NCBI GenBank assembly: GCA_965199855.1
Contig: OZ241326.1
Location: 2,048,001 to 2,112,000 of the forward strand
Origin: a bacterium
GTDB lineage: Bacteria; UBA8248
Length of the DNA stretch: 64,000 nucleotides
Direction: 5' to 3'
In this document: positions 1 through 10,139 of the stretch, in pieces
Position numbering within the stretch: the stretch's first letter is position 1
Layout of the letters: every line of letters begins with the position of its first letter
Made by a program: the position numbers and the translations under genes
The notes under the pieces: model-generated
Told to the model about the DNA's origin: nothing
Seen by the model: the letters and a program-made list of their open reading frames with translations, nothing else
Database searches by the model: none

Positions 1-347
1 TCGAAGCCGGCGATCTCAAGCTTGTTCACAAACGAGAACATGTTTCTCGTCGGATCGGTCGCCAGCACGCCCGCGATGACGGGACAACCTTCCACCACGT
101 TGAGAATGGCTCGCTCGCCCAGTTCAAGCGTGATGGCGTTCGCGTCCCCGATGGGCAAATAACCCGCCATCGAACTCAAACCCTGCATCCGGTAGTAGGC
201 CAGGTTGAAGGTGCTTATGAGATCTGCCCCTCCTCGCGCGGCGAATTTCGCCGTGATGCCGCTTCCGCAAAGCGCGTCGTAGATGGCGCGTCCGGCGTCT
301 CTTTCAGCCCGCAGGCGAACGAGGATTTCATTACGCGACATATTCAT
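1..347 (-). CDS. Phosphoenolpyruvate hydrolase-like / TIM-barrel family protein, runs off the left edge (partial)
   Basis: Not in the ORF track. Hand translation from ATG 347: MNMSRNEILVRLRAERDAGRAIYDALCGSGITAKFAARGGADLISTFNLAYYRMQGLSSMAGYLPIGDANAITLE..., matching the family pattern GxGxxAKxxxxGGAD...RMxG..S..G.LP.GDAN. Confidence 0.8.
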   Translation of the reverse strand, partial: MNMSRNEILVRLRAERDAGRAIYDALCGSGITAKFAARGGADLISTFNLAYYRMQGLSSMAGYLPIGDANAITLELGERAILNVVEGCPVIAGVLATDPTRNMFSFVNKLEIAGF

Positions 348-364
348 GATAATTTATTCTCCAT

Positions 365-386
365 TATATCAATTAGTTATGATATA
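365..386. promoter_or_regulatory. Palindromic operator-like site TATATCA-N8-TGATATA
   Basis: Perfect 7-bp inverted repeat in an AT-rich patch, 18 bp upstream of the ATG at 347. Regulator identity unknown. Confidence 0.5.
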
Positions 387-680
387 CTTTCCAGAAACAA
401 ATTCATATATTGCAACCTCGCCGCTGCCAGGAAAGACGTGTCGAAACTTGAAGCATTTTCATACTTGATACCATGTCCGTCTTTGTGTGAAAATAGAAGT
501 GGAAGGCGCAGGCGATGTATCGAGTGAAAAATCATGGCTTTGCGGGGATAAGTTCCAGTGGTCCCGCCCGCCCGAGCCGCTCCGCCTCTCTTGGGGTGGA
601 GCGGCGCGGGACCACGCCCGCAAACGGCAAAGCGGGATTCACATCAGAAACGAGGAGCCGGGAATTTTTCAGGCGCTTCC

Positions 681-2804
681 CTATGTCCTGTCCGCCAAGA
701 ACGCTTCGGCGACGAACACCCCTCCGAGCAGGAAAAAAAGAAGCGCGCCCAGTTCGGCTCGTCCCAGAATCGACCTTAACGGGTCCGCATCATCAGCCGG
801 CAAATCACGAATATCGAGCCGATCGATCTTTTCCTTCAACCCGGACATGGGCACGGGCGAGAGGTTCGCCTCCGAGGCGGGCGCGTTCACGCCCACGAGG
901 TATTCCTCATCCGGCGTAAGAACGCGATAGAAACCGGCGCGGTAGGCGTCCCGGAAATAGGCGACGACGCCCCTTCCCGTCTTGCCCAGCCTCAAGGCGT
1001 CCGGGGGCGCGTCGCCTGCGGCGCTCGCCGCGAATTGAAGCGCCTGCTCCTTCCCGTTCGGAGCGCGTATCTGTATCGCCTCCCCCGCCCGGCCGAGAGA
1101 CGCGCGAATCTCGAACGAATCTCCCGCGCGCGCGGAGGAGGTCGCACCCTCTCTCGCGCCGCCCAGGAAATCGGACACGCCTCTGATGAAGGGAACGAAA
1201 ACGGGCCGCACGGCGAGGTCCGTCCAGTCCCGATCACACGTGGAGCCCCACGTCATCACCCGGCCCGAACCCAAGGAGCCGGCCACCAGAACGGGAGTTC
1301 CATCGGGGAGTTCCAGCAGAACGCGCCCGTCTCTCGCCGGTTCGAGCGGCGCGATTCGCGCCAGGCGCAAGGCGGAGAAGAACCGCGCGGCGCTCGCCCC
1401 AAGCAAGGAGAAGACCGGGTGCTTTTCCGCGCCCCGAGCGATTTTCAGGCTTCGGGGCGGGCGAAGCGTCACGGGCGTTCCCGGCGCGGCCGGCAGCCAG
1501 TCGATCCCGGACGCGGCGCCTCCGGCCAGCTCTCCCGTCGCCCAGAGAAGGCCGCCGCCCTTTTCGACGAAATCTCTCAACCCCTGCCGCCCCCCTTCGG
1601 GCCAGCGCCCCACGTTACAGACGACAGCGTAGTCGTAATCCTCCCATCTCACGCTGTTCAGCTCATAGGACGCCACCACGCGCGTCAGCACGGGAGATTC
1701 TCCCCCCAGGCGCGCCGCGCTCAGGGCGTTGACGATGAAAAAGGTCTCACTGTCCTGGAGGCCGCGCTTCGGGTCTCCGTCGATGATCAGGGCGCGAAGG
1801 CGCTTGCCGATGCGCGCCGAAAAGTAAAACTGGTTCGTAGCCGCCAGATTGTCCTTCGGCAGTTCGAGGCGGCCATAGAGCAGGCCCGTTCGAGGCGCGT
1901 TCACGCGAAAACTCACGGGACTCGAACCGCGCGGATCGACGTCTACATTGAGCGTTTGCCTTGGTTTTCCGCCTACATACAGGCGCACGGGAACGTTCGA
2001 TTTCTTCTCATCCCCCCGGTTGAAGACGCGAGCCCCGATGGTGAAGGGAAAGCCCGCCTTGGGCGGCCACGGCTTCATCTTCACGTCCAGAAAACCCATG
2101 TCCGCAATTCCCGCTTCGGGAGCCACCAGCACGAACTGGACGTGAACGTGCGGATTCCACTGCCTGATATTGCGAATCTGAAACGATTTCCAGTCCCCTT
2201 GGGCAAAATCGCTGAAAACGACCACGCTTCTCCGCCCCGCCCGGGGCGATGCGCTCTCGAGCGCGCGCCGCACGACGCGGGCCGGCGCGCCCTTGCCATC
2301 GGTCTGGCGAATTCCATCCAGCGCGGCGAGCGCGTCCCGGCGGCTCAACTGCCTGAGAGGTCCGTCGGCGCGGCGCTCGACGGTCGCCGCGATGCTCATT
2401 CGATCCGCTTCCGACATATCCTCTATCATCCGCCTCACGGCGCGTCTGGCTACTTCGAAGCGGCTTCCGCCAGACGTCGAAAACCCCATGCTCGCTGAAT
2501 TATCGAGCACGACGACGCTGTGGGAGGGAAACCATCCGCCGCCCGACACCCCGCCTTCGGTCGCCAGCAGAGGGCGGGACGCCAGAAAAACGGCGATTCC
2601 GACGGCGCAAACGCGCAGAAAGAGAAGTACCCAGTTTCTGAGCCTGCTTCGGTTCGTGATGCGGCGTTGCGTCCTGAGCAGAAACTCGAAGGTGGGAAGT
2701 CGATGCCTGAGGACGAGGCGCCGCCTCAGCAGGTGAATGAGGACGGGCAGAAAAATCAGTCCCGCTCCCCAAAGCAGAGCGCCGTGCAGGAATTGAAAGC
2801 CCAA
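681..2804 (-). CDS. BatA N-terminal + VWA domain membrane protein
   Basis: N-terminal LPVLIHLL...FPTFEFL...LLFLR-type BatA segment, MIDAS-like VLDNSASM, Ig-like and GATase-like regions, C-terminal TM helix. Confidence 0.85.
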   Translation of the reverse strand: MGFQFLHGALLWGAGLIFLPVLIHLLRRRLVLRHRLPTFEFLLRTQRRITNRSRLRNWVLLFLRVCAVGIAVFLASRPLLATEGGVSGGGWFPSHSVVVLDNSASMGFSTSGGSRFEVARRAVRRMIEDMSEADRMSIAATVERRADGPLRQLSRRDALAALDGIRQTDGKGAPARVVRRALESASPRAGRRSVVVFSDFAQGDWKSFQIRNIRQWNPHVHVQFVLVAPEAGIADMGFLDVKMKPWPPKAGFPFTIGARVFNRGDEKKSNVPVRLYVGGKPRQTLNVDVDPRGSSPVSFRVNAPRTGLLYGRLELPKDNLAATNQFYFSARIGKRLRALIIDGDPKRGLQDSETFFIVNALSAARLGGESPVLTRVVASYELNSVRWEDYDYAVVCNVGRWPEGGRQGLRDFVEKGGGLLWATGELAGGAASGIDWLPAAPGTPVTLRPPRSLKIARGAEKHPVFSLLGASAARFFSALRLARIAPLEPARDGRVLLELPDGTPVLVAGSLGSGRVMTWGSTCDRDWTDLAVRPVFVPFIRGVSDFLGGAREGATSSARAGDSFEIRASLGRAGEAIQIRAPNGKEQALQFAASAAGDAPPDALRLGKTGRGVVAYFRDAYRAGFYRVLTPDEEYLVGVNAPASEANLSPVPMSGLKEKIDRLDIRDLPADDADPLRSILGRAELGALLFFLLGGVFVAEAFLADRT

Positions 2805-2829
2805 TCCGCATCCTCCCTAAAGTGTTCCG

Positions 2830-3723
2830 CTACGCTCTCGCCCTGTTGCGCCAAGCCAGGAAGCGGATGAGTCCTTTATCCAGCGGCTCGGCCGTCGAGA
2901 CCAGATGATAGTCCACCCCCAAATCCGCGCACCCATCGCGCGTTCGATCCAGAAATTCCTCCAAAAGCCCCAAATAGGGCTGCTTCACGACCTCGCACTC
3001 CACCGTGACGTTTCTGTCCGTCTCAACGTCGTCCATTCTGGCGAGGCCCTCAAAGGGGAATTCGAGCTCCTCGACGTCGAGCACGTGAAACACGATGACG
3101 TCGCTTCCCTTGAGGCACAGCAACTTGAGCGCCTTTTCCACCGCCGCCGGATCGTCGAGCAAGTCAGAAACGACGACGACGAGGCCTCGCCTCGTCAGGC
3201 GCTCCGCCAAGGCGAGCAGGGAGCGGGCGATTCCCGTTCCCCCGGCGGGCTTCGCCGCCTGCAGGCCCGCCAGCAACGCGAGCAAATGTCTTCGGATGGA
3301 CTTGGGCGGCACCCGGGCGTCTTCTTCCTCATAGGAAACCACCAATCCCACCGAGTCGGACTGCCCAAGGAGCAAATGCGCCATCGCCGAAGCCAGGGTG
3401 GCCGCGTAGCCCCACTTCGTGAGGGGGCCGCCACCGAAATCCATCGAGGCGCTGGCGTCGACGACGAGATGAGCGCGCAGGTTCGTCTCGTCTTCATACT
3501 GCTTCACGAGGTAGCGATCGAATTTTCCATACGCCTTCCAGTCGATGTGCCGGAGTTCGTCCCCCGGAGAATAGGCCCTGTGCTCCTCGAAATCGACGCT
3601 GAAGCCCCGGGAGCGGCTTCTGTGGACGCCGCTCATCAAGCCCTCGACCACGTGGCGGGCGCGGAGCTGGAGGTTGGACAGACGCGAAATGAGAACGGGG
3701 TCGAAATATCGATCCGAATTCAA
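2830..3723 (-). CDS. DUF58 family protein
   Basis: GxHRSxxxGxSVDFxEHRxYxPGDELRHIDWKAYGK and VDASASM motifs; adjacent to MoxR. Confidence 0.92.
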   Translation of the reverse strand: MNSDRYFDPVLISRLSNLQLRARHVVEGLMSGVHRSRSRGFSVDFEEHRAYSPGDELRHIDWKAYGKFDRYLVKQYEDETNLRAHLVVDASASMDFGGGPLTKWGYAATLASAMAHLLLGQSDSVGLVVSYEEEDARVPPKSIRRHLLALLAGLQAAKPAGGTGIARSLLALAERLTRRGLVVVVSDLLDDPAAVEKALKLLCLKGSDVIVFHVLDVEELEFPFEGLARMDDVETDRNVTVECEVVKQPYLGLLEEFLDRTRDGCADLGVDYHLVSTAEPLDKGLIRFLAWRNRARA

Positions 3724-3747
3724 TGCCGACCTCTCCGAAATCGGCGC

Positions 3748-4800
3748 TTAAGCGGCTTCGGTAGCCTCCGCCGGGGGCGCGACGGCTTCGAGCAGCCTCC
3801 CCGTCAGGGACACGGAATCATGCCCTTCCGCCTGGCCGCGAAAATTCACCAGAATGCGGTGGCGCAGCACGGGTTCGGCCAGCGCCTTCACGTCTTCAAT
3901 CGTCGCGGCGTAGCGGCCCCGAAGCAGCGCCCGCGCCCGCGCTCCCAGAATCAGATACTGGCTCGCCCTTGGCCCCGCGCCCCACTCCACGTATTGGCGA
4001 ACGAAATCGGGAGCGCTCGCATCGTCCGGGCGGGACGCGCGCGCGAGGGAAACCGCGTATTCCACCACGTAAGGAGCCGCCGGCACCCGGCGCACCAGAC
4101 CCTGAAAGCGCAGAATCTGCTCGCTGTCCATCACCTCCTCGAGTTCGGGGCTGTAGCTCGACGTCGTCTGCGCGACGATCTCCTTCTCCTCGGCCAGACT
4201 CGGGTAGGACACCCCGATCTCGAACATGAACCTGTCGAGCTGCGCTTCGGGCAAGGGATAGGTGCCCTCCTGTTCCACGGGATTCTGGGTCGCCAGGACG
4301 AAAAACGGCGGGGTCAGGAAGTGCGCCTGCCCGCCGGCCGTCACGTGCAGCTCCTGCATCGCCTGCAGAAGCGCCGCCTGCGTCTTGGGCGAGGTTCGGT
4401 TGATCTCGTCCGCCAGAAGAATTTGCGTGAAGATGGGGCCTCGAATGAAGCGGAAAGAGCGCCTCCCCTGCGTCGTGTCGTCCAGGATGTCCGTGCCCGT
4501 AATGTCCGAGGGCATCAGGTCGGGCGTGAACTGGATGCGGTTGAAGTCGAGCTGCAACACCTGTGACAGGGTGCGGATGAGCAAGGTCTTGGCCAGGCCC
4601 GGCACGCCCACCAGCAGGCAGTGGCCCTTCGAGAGCAAGGCTATCAGCACCAAATCGATGACTTTCGCCTGCCCGACGATGATCTTGCGCACCTGCTCAA
4701 GGATGGCGTCGCGCTTGAGGCCGATTTCACGCGCCACTTCGAGGTCCTCCTCGCTCATCCGGGCTTCCTGATTTTCGGCGTCGCGCGCGGCTTCATTCAT
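3748..4800 (-). CDS. moxR: MoxR family AAA+ ATPase
   Basis: Walker A GVPGLAKT, RIQFTPDLMPSDITG, Walker B LLADEINR, ATQNPVEQEGTYPLPEAQLDRF. Confidence 0.95.
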   Translation of the reverse strand: MNEAARDAENQEARMSEEDLEVAREIGLKRDAILEQVRKIIVGQAKVIDLVLIALLSKGHCLLVGVPGLAKTLLIRTLSQVLQLDFNRIQFTPDLMPSDITGTDILDDTTQGRRSFRFIRGPIFTQILLADEINRTSPKTQAALLQAMQELHVTAGGQAHFLTPPFFVLATQNPVEQEGTYPLPEAQLDRFMFEIGVSYPSLAEEKEIVAQTTSSYSPELEEVMDSEQILRFQGLVRRVPAAPYVVEYAVSLARASRPDDASAPDFVRQYVEWGAGPRASQYLILGARARALLRGRYAATIEDVKALAEPVLRHRILVNFRGQAEGHDSVSLTGRLLEAVAPPAEATEAA

Positions 4801-4822
4801 TCCGTATCGCCTCTCGATGGGG

Positions 4823-6544
4823 TCAGCGGGCGGGCGCCATGGCGCGAAGCGCCTCTCTCGCGCGCTTCGCCTTTTTCACGTCGCCCACTCTTTCGTAATG
4901 CGCCAGCAGGCGCTCGTGGGCCAGCCGGATAAACGGGTTGATCTGGACCACTTCCTCCCAAGCCTTGAGCGCGCGCTTCCACTTCCGGCCCGCTTCGCTC
5001 GCCATCGCCTGATGAACGTAGGTCATCGCGTAATCCGGGTCCACTTCCAGCGCCCTGCGAATATGCCGCTCGGCCTGCCGGACCATGCCGAGACGCAATT
5101 CGACCTGCGCCGCGCGGTTGAGCAGGGGCTGGGAGTACGGCTCGTCGCGCAGCGCGCGGCGATACTCTACCAAGGCCGCCCGCATTCTTCCGCGAAAGGA
5201 GAGCCTGTCGCCCAATCGCATCCGCCTTCTGGCCACCCCGCTCCTGAGCGCCGCCAAGTCCATCGTCCGCTCGCTCATCGGCCCCTTGGGCTTGAGCTTT
5301 GGCTGGGAAACCCGGGAGCCCGCGAACGCGCGAAGGGGCAGCCGCTTCAGGTCCTCTATCCAGAGCTTCTCGAACCCGCCCAGATCGACCCCGGCGATCA
5401 TCCGTAGCCCGGGCTCCGCGCTCTGGGGCGGCCCGGTAGCCTCCAGCTCGACGAGGCTCGCCCGCCTTTGGCGGCGCGCCCCGGTGCTCTCCTCCTCAAG
5501 TACCGGCTCGCCCCTTGATTCTCGCGTGGGAGATGCGTCGCGGATGCCCGCCAGCAGGCGAACGATGGCGCGCGCGCCCATTTTGCGGCGGATGAAGTCC
5601 ACCGCGGAGGCCGCTTCCGCGTATGCCAGCTGCATGTCCTGCGGCGTGTCGAGGTAGATGAGGCTTGGCTCCATCTTCCTGAACGCGATGTAGCGGTTCG
5701 TCTCTCTCGCCTTATACAGCAGCGCCTCCTCGCCCGGATGAAGATACGCCATTCCCTCGCCGCGCCATTTTTTCTCCAGATACTTGGCGATTCCCTCATG
5801 CAGCCAGATGGGCGCGCGATTCCTCGTAGCCCGCACGACGAGATAGTGAACGTATTCGTGCGCCGCCGTGTCGAGCCAGCGGTAGCCCCGCAGGAGCGCT
5901 CCGGGCGAGAGGAGCATCAGTTTGTTGAACTTGCAGACCCCTACCGCGCCTTTTTCCTCGATGTCGCGCCTTGACAGGGTGGAGGACTTGTGAAAGCGAT
6001 CCGAATCCGAAAAAAGCTCCACTCGAATCCGTCCTTCGGGCCGCACACCCAGTTCCTTCGCATACCGGGCGTAGGCTTTTTCCAGGGCGTCGCCCAGATA
6101 GGGAAGCAAAGCGGCATCTTCTCCCGGCTGATGCCAGATGTCGAAATGCTGTGTTGCGCGCACGGCGAACCCCTTGACCGCCGCTTGCGTCTGACGCACG
6201 TGAAGCCTGAGTTCGAGCCATTCACTGTCGCCCGGCCTCTGCTTAAGCGCCGCGTTGAGATTGGTGATCGCCTCGGGAAACCTTCCCGCCAGATAGTCGG
6301 CCGCCCCCGAGAGCGCCCGCCACTCGGCCAGCCCGGGAGATTCACGCCGAAGCGATTCGATTTTCTTCCTGGCTTCCGCCAGATTCCACGCCCGAAGTTC
6401 GTCCACCACCGCGCGGTATCCCTCCGGGCGCTCGACGGCGCGCGCCAGAGGCGCCGCACGATTGACGGTGTGCGCCCGCGCGAAAGAAGCGAGCGCCGGC
6501 ATGAGCAAAACACAGATGACGAGGCGCAAGAGTGCTTTTTTCAT
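4823..6544 (-). CDS. Secreted TPR-repeat protein with peptidase MA-like zinc metalloprotease domain
   Basis: Signal peptide, TPR-like helices at both ends, HEYVH plus downstream WLHEGIA (gluzincin-type ligands). Confidence 0.8.
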   Translation of the reverse strand: MKKALLRLVICVLLMPALASFARAHTVNRAAPLARAVERPEGYRAVVDELRAWNLAEARKKIESLRRESPGLAEWRALSGAADYLAGRFPEAITNLNAALKQRPGDSEWLELRLHVRQTQAAVKGFAVRATQHFDIWHQPGEDAALLPYLGDALEKAYARYAKELGVRPEGRIRVELFSDSDRFHKSSTLSRRDIEEKGAVGVCKFNKLMLLSPGALLRGYRWLDTAAHEYVHYLVVRATRNRAPIWLHEGIAKYLEKKWRGEGMAYLHPGEEALLYKARETNRYIAFRKMEPSLIYLDTPQDMQLAYAEAASAVDFIRRKMGARAIVRLLAGIRDASPTRESRGEPVLEEESTGARRQRRASLVELEATGPPQSAEPGLRMIAGVDLGGFEKLWIEDLKRLPLRAFAGSRVSQPKLKPKGPMSERTMDLAALRSGVARRRMRLGDRLSFRGRMRAALVEYRRALRDEPYSQPLLNRAAQVELRLGMVRQAERHIRRALEVDPDYAMTYVHQAMASEAGRKWKRALKAWEEVVQINPFIRLAHERLLAHYERVGDVKKAKRAREALRAMAPAR

Positions 6545-9500
6545 TTGGTCAGCCTGTCAAAATAGTTTTCGATTTCGCCCCTCATCGCGCCGGGCAAGCC
6601 ATCCTTCATCGCCTCCATGATCTCTTCCCTGAACTTGGCCGGCACCTTGTATTGCTCCCTGTCGGGTATCAGCACCTCGCTGAACTGGGTGCCGAGGCTG
6701 CCGTCCTCGCGTCCATCCCGCCTGTCGAAGCCGCGCGGCTGGGGAAAATTCGGACTTCTGGACCACCAGGGCCTGCCCGCGCCCATGCCCGGACGCAGGA
6801 CGCCGAACCCTCTGGGCGTGCCCAACCCCACGCTGCCCCGCTGGGCCATCTGCCGCATGGCCTGCTGCATGGCGTTCTGCCCTTGGGCGAGTTTGCGTAT
6901 CGCCTCCTCCTCCTCAGGCGCCGCGCGCGAAGAGCTGCGCTTCTTAAGAAAAGCGGCGGCCTTTTCCATAGATCCTCCCGCCTCCGCGATTCTCCGCAGG
7001 ATGTCCGGATTGATGAACGGATAAATCTGCATCATCTGACGCAGTTGCTGCTCGAAAGTCCCCAATCTCTTGCGCAGAGACTCCTGCCGGAAGCGCAGGC
7101 CGTCGAGCTTGGCGATTTCCGTCCCCCCCGAGTGTTTTTCGGATTTCTCCAAAAGCCTCTCGAGGCTCCCGGCTATCTCCTTCCAAGGCGCGGACTCTCC
7201 CCCTTTCGGGGGCTTCGCAGTTTTTCGGGCGTCCGTGTCCCCCGCGCCATGAACGCAAGGCGACGCATCAAGGGCGGCCATCCACTCCGGCAACCTCTGG
7301 AATATAATTCCCCACTCCCCCCTCTTCAGGGTCGCGTCGAGTTCGGAGAGCGCCCTCATTCTCTCGCGCCGAACCTTGTCGGCGCGCGTTTCTGGAGACG
7401 GATCCTTCCCTGCGGCGGGGGATGGGCGCAGGGATTCTTCGGAGAGAGATACGGGGGATTCAGCCTTTTTCGCGGCTCCGGCCCCGGGCGGGCAGTCGGG
7501 CAGCGGCTTGCGGGCCTCCGCGCTGCTACGCTTCCAGGCCGCCTCGGCGCTTTTCGCCACGGCGGCCACCTCCGTCGGCCATTTTTTTCTGAGCCGGTCC
7601 ACCACGCCCTCCAGGATGCTCACCGTCTCGCCCAAGATGGCCTGTTGCTCCTCCACGATGGAGGCTAGCTCGCTTTGCCTGCGCCTGATGGGCGTCCCCC
7701 CACGCTGGCTCATCATCTGCTGTCGCTGTATGCCCCGCAACGCCATGCGCATTCTCTGAAGCTGGCTCATCAGGCGCCTCATCCGCTCCAGCGCGCCCTT
7801 GAAGTCGCCGCTACGCATCATCCGCCGAATATCGCTAAAGGAGCGCATCATGCTCCGCATGGGCATCTCCCTCATGCTGCGCTGGTTCATGAATTCGGCG
7901 GGCATCCGCTGGGCCAGCGAGGCCATCTGCCGCATCAGCCTGCCCAGTTCCTCCCGGAGTTTCTCCAGCTCCTTCTCGACGCGGCGAACCGCCTCTCTGT
8001 CCGCGCCCGAGCTCCGCATTTTCTCCAGAGCGCGCTCGATGGCCCTTTGCCTCCGGAGCATCGATTCCGTCGTGCGGCCCGCCCTGTCCACCCGCACGTT
8101 GCGCTGTATTTCCTCGCCCATCGTGGCGAGGCGCTCGAGGGTTTCGGTCGCCTTCTCTTGCCGGGCGGCCATTTCGCGAGTCAGCCGCTCTCTTTCCTCC
8201 TTCGCGCCCGCGCCCAGTTTCTCCAGCCGGGAAAGCGGCGCGAGATATTGCAAAATCGCATCCTTGAGTTGCCGCTCCAGGGTGAACAAATCCATGTCGG
8301 AGAGCGTCTCGCGCCGATTTTGGGGCTTGAGCGTCGCGCGCGCGCGCTTGATTCGCTCCAGAATCCGGCTGGCTTTCTCCGCCATGGAGGCGCCTTTTCG
8401 GGCCTTCCTGCCGGGCCGCTTCGCCCCCTTTTCGGGTTCGGGCGGCAGATCCTTTTCCAGATAATCGCCCAGAAGGTCGAGGAGTTCATTGGAAATTTCG
8501 CCCAGGCTCCTGTCCAGTCCGGCCATCACGGCTTCTCGGTCGCGTATGCGAATCCGGTAGGTTTTGCTCGTCCCGACCTTGGGGCCGCTCACCGTATCCA
8601 CATCCCGGGCGAGGAAGCGGTAGGAAAGAACGCCTCCCGGCCGAACCCCCATGGTCCCGAGCTCGAATTCGTAGCGCCCGGCGACGCTTTTGCGGGGCGC
8701 CTCGCCGCCCCACATCTTGATTCTCCTCGCGCGGCGTCCATCGAGCCTGACTTCCAGATAGACGCTTTTCAGCCCGAAGTCATCAGAGGCCCGATACGTC
8801 ACGGGAACGCGCTCATCGGCTTCCACCGTAAGGTCCTTGGCAGGCTCCCTCACCAGAACTTCGGGATGGGAGTCGGGGATGACGTCGATGCGATAGCGCC
8901 TCGGCGCGAGATTTGAAAATCCGTGCGCGTCCTTCAGGCGAACCTGATAGGAGCCCGCGCCGCCCAGGATCATCCTGCCCTCCAGCGAGTCGTCCTCCGC
9001 GGGCTTCAGCGGCAGCCGCCAGCCGTCGGCCAAGGAGATGAGCGCCTCCCGAATCGGCTTGTTCGTCCTGATCGCCAGCCGAACCTCGGAACCCATGTAG
9101 GCGCGAATATGGCCGCCATTCTCCCCCCGGGCGGGATCGAGATGCGTATGCTCCGGGGGATATTGCATCACTTCGATGGATTCCACCCTGGGCGGCGCGG
9201 CTACGCGAATCTCCAGCGTCGGCGAGCGAAACCCGCCCGCGCGCGCCGTGATTCGCGCATCCATCCCGCCCCCCGGCCAGCGCCCGCGAAAATGGCGGGC
9301 GGCCACTTTTTCCATCTCGATGGTTGATTCGGGCGCGGAGCCCTGCCGAACCTCCAGCGCCACGGAATCCGCCTCGCGTCCTCTTGTATTCACGTCGAAC
9401 GTCACAGGCATTCCGGGCAAAACCGTCGTCCGGCTCGCCTGAATCGTCAGATGCGTGACTCGGGAAGGCATGAGAGCCGCCGCATTCGCCAGCAGATAGC

Positions 9501-10041
9501 CCGCGCGAGGATAAAGACCCGGCCAGATGAAGGCAATGAGAATCACGGCAATCGCCAGAGCGCCGGCGAGCCGCCCGAACCTCTGAAAACCGGCGTCCGA
9601 GACATACGCATCCGGATCGAGCGCCTCCACCCCCCGGCTGGTGTCGTTCACCAGCGCGTCGATGAGCGCGGGCGAGGTGGGGTCGTCGTCGCCGAGCTCT
9701 CCCTTGCGCGGAAACAGCTGGAGAGAGCTGATGAGGTTGCTGCCCAGGTCCGGATGCGTCTCCTCGATGTCGAGCGCCACCCTTTGCCGCTTCGGACGGC
9801 AGGTGATGAGCCGCCAGGAGCGGACGAACGCGAGACCCACCAGGAGAACCGTCAGCCCGGCGTAGATGACGGCGGAATAACCAAAACTGGATTGCGAGAC
9901 GACCGCCGCCGGAGCGAGCAGTAACGCGGAGAGCAGACCCAGGAGGATGATCATTCCCGCCTCCAGACGCCTGACCTTGAGGCGGGCGCGAATCACGGAA
10001 TCGAGAAACTCGTTTATCTTCCTGAAGGATTGCTCGGCCAT
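6541..10041 (-). CDS. DUF4175-like large membrane-anchored coiled-coil protein
   Basis: Three N-terminal TM segments, Ig-like region with ASDDFGL, long Q/M/R-rich coiled coil, C-terminal IENYFDRL; 4-bp overlap with the next gene. Confidence 0.75.
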   Translation of the reverse strand: MAEQSFRKINEFLDSVIRARLKVRRLEAGMIILLGLLSALLLAPAAVVSQSSFGYSAVIYAGLTVLLVGLAFVRSWRLITCRPKRQRVALDIEETHPDLGSNLISSLQLFPRKGELGDDDPTSPALIDALVNDTSRGVEALDPDAYVSDAGFQRFGRLAGALAIAVILIAFIWPGLYPRAGYLLANAAALMPSRVTHLTIQASRTTVLPGMPVTFDVNTRGREADSVALEVRQGSAPESTIEMEKVAARHFRGRWPGGGMDARITARAGGFRSPTLEIRVAAPPRVESIEVMQYPPEHTHLDPARGENGGHIRAYMGSEVRLAIRTNKPIREALISLADGWRLPLKPAEDDSLEGRMILGGAGSYQVRLKDAHGFSNLAPRRYRIDVIPDSHPEVLVREPAKDLTVEADERVPVTYRASDDFGLKSVYLEVRLDGRRARRIKMWGGEAPRKSVAGRYEFELGTMGVRPGGVLSYRFLARDVDTVSGPKVGTSKTYRIRIRDREAVMAGLDRSLGEISNELLDLLGDYLEKDLPPEPEKGAKRPGRKARKGASMAEKASRILERIKRARATLKPQNRRETLSDMDLFTLERQLKDAILQYLAPLSRLEKLGAGAKEERERLTREMAARQEKATETLERLATMGEEIQRNVRVDRAGRTTESMLRRQRAIERALEKMRSSGADREAVRRVEKELEKLREELGRLMRQMASLAQRMPAEFMNQRSMREMPMRSMMRSFSDIRRMMRSGDFKGALERMRRLMSQLQRMRMALRGIQRQQMMSQRGGTPIRRRQSELASIVEEQQAILGETVSILEGVVDRLRKKWPTEVAAVAKSAEAAWKRSSAEARKPLPDCPPGAGAAKKAESPVSLSEESLRPSPAAGKDPSPETRADKVRRERMRALSELDATLKRGEWGIIFQRLPEWMAALDASPCVHGAGDTDARKTAKPPKGGESAPWKEIAGSLERLLEKSEKHSGGTEIAKLDGLRFRQESLRKRLGTFEQQLRQMMQIYPFINPDILRRIAEAGGSMEKAAAFLKKRSSSRAAPEEEEAIRKLAQGQNAMQQAMRQMAQRGSVGLGTPRGFGVLRPGMGAGRPWWSRSPNFPQPRGFDRRDGREDGSLGTQFSEVLIPDREQYKVPAKFREEIMEAMKDGLPGAMRGEIENYFDRLTK

Positions 10042-10139
10042 CTCCCGGCTCCTCCGCGAACGAGCGCCGATGCGCCGCTTATTCTATCACTTGGCGCGCG
10101 CGTGGGGCATCAGCGAAAACCGGACGCGGGTCCAGTGCG

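Noticed and set aside
408-430. Possible sigma54 promoter on the minus strand (TGGCA...TTGCA)
   Set aside because: GG-to-GC spacing is 13 nt, not the required 10.
6541-10041. The 1166-aa protein as a possible Cas effector for the orphan array
   Set aside because: It has TM helices, Ig-like and coiled-coil regions, lies within the MoxR operon, and shows no recognisable RuvC, HNH or paired HEPN architecture.
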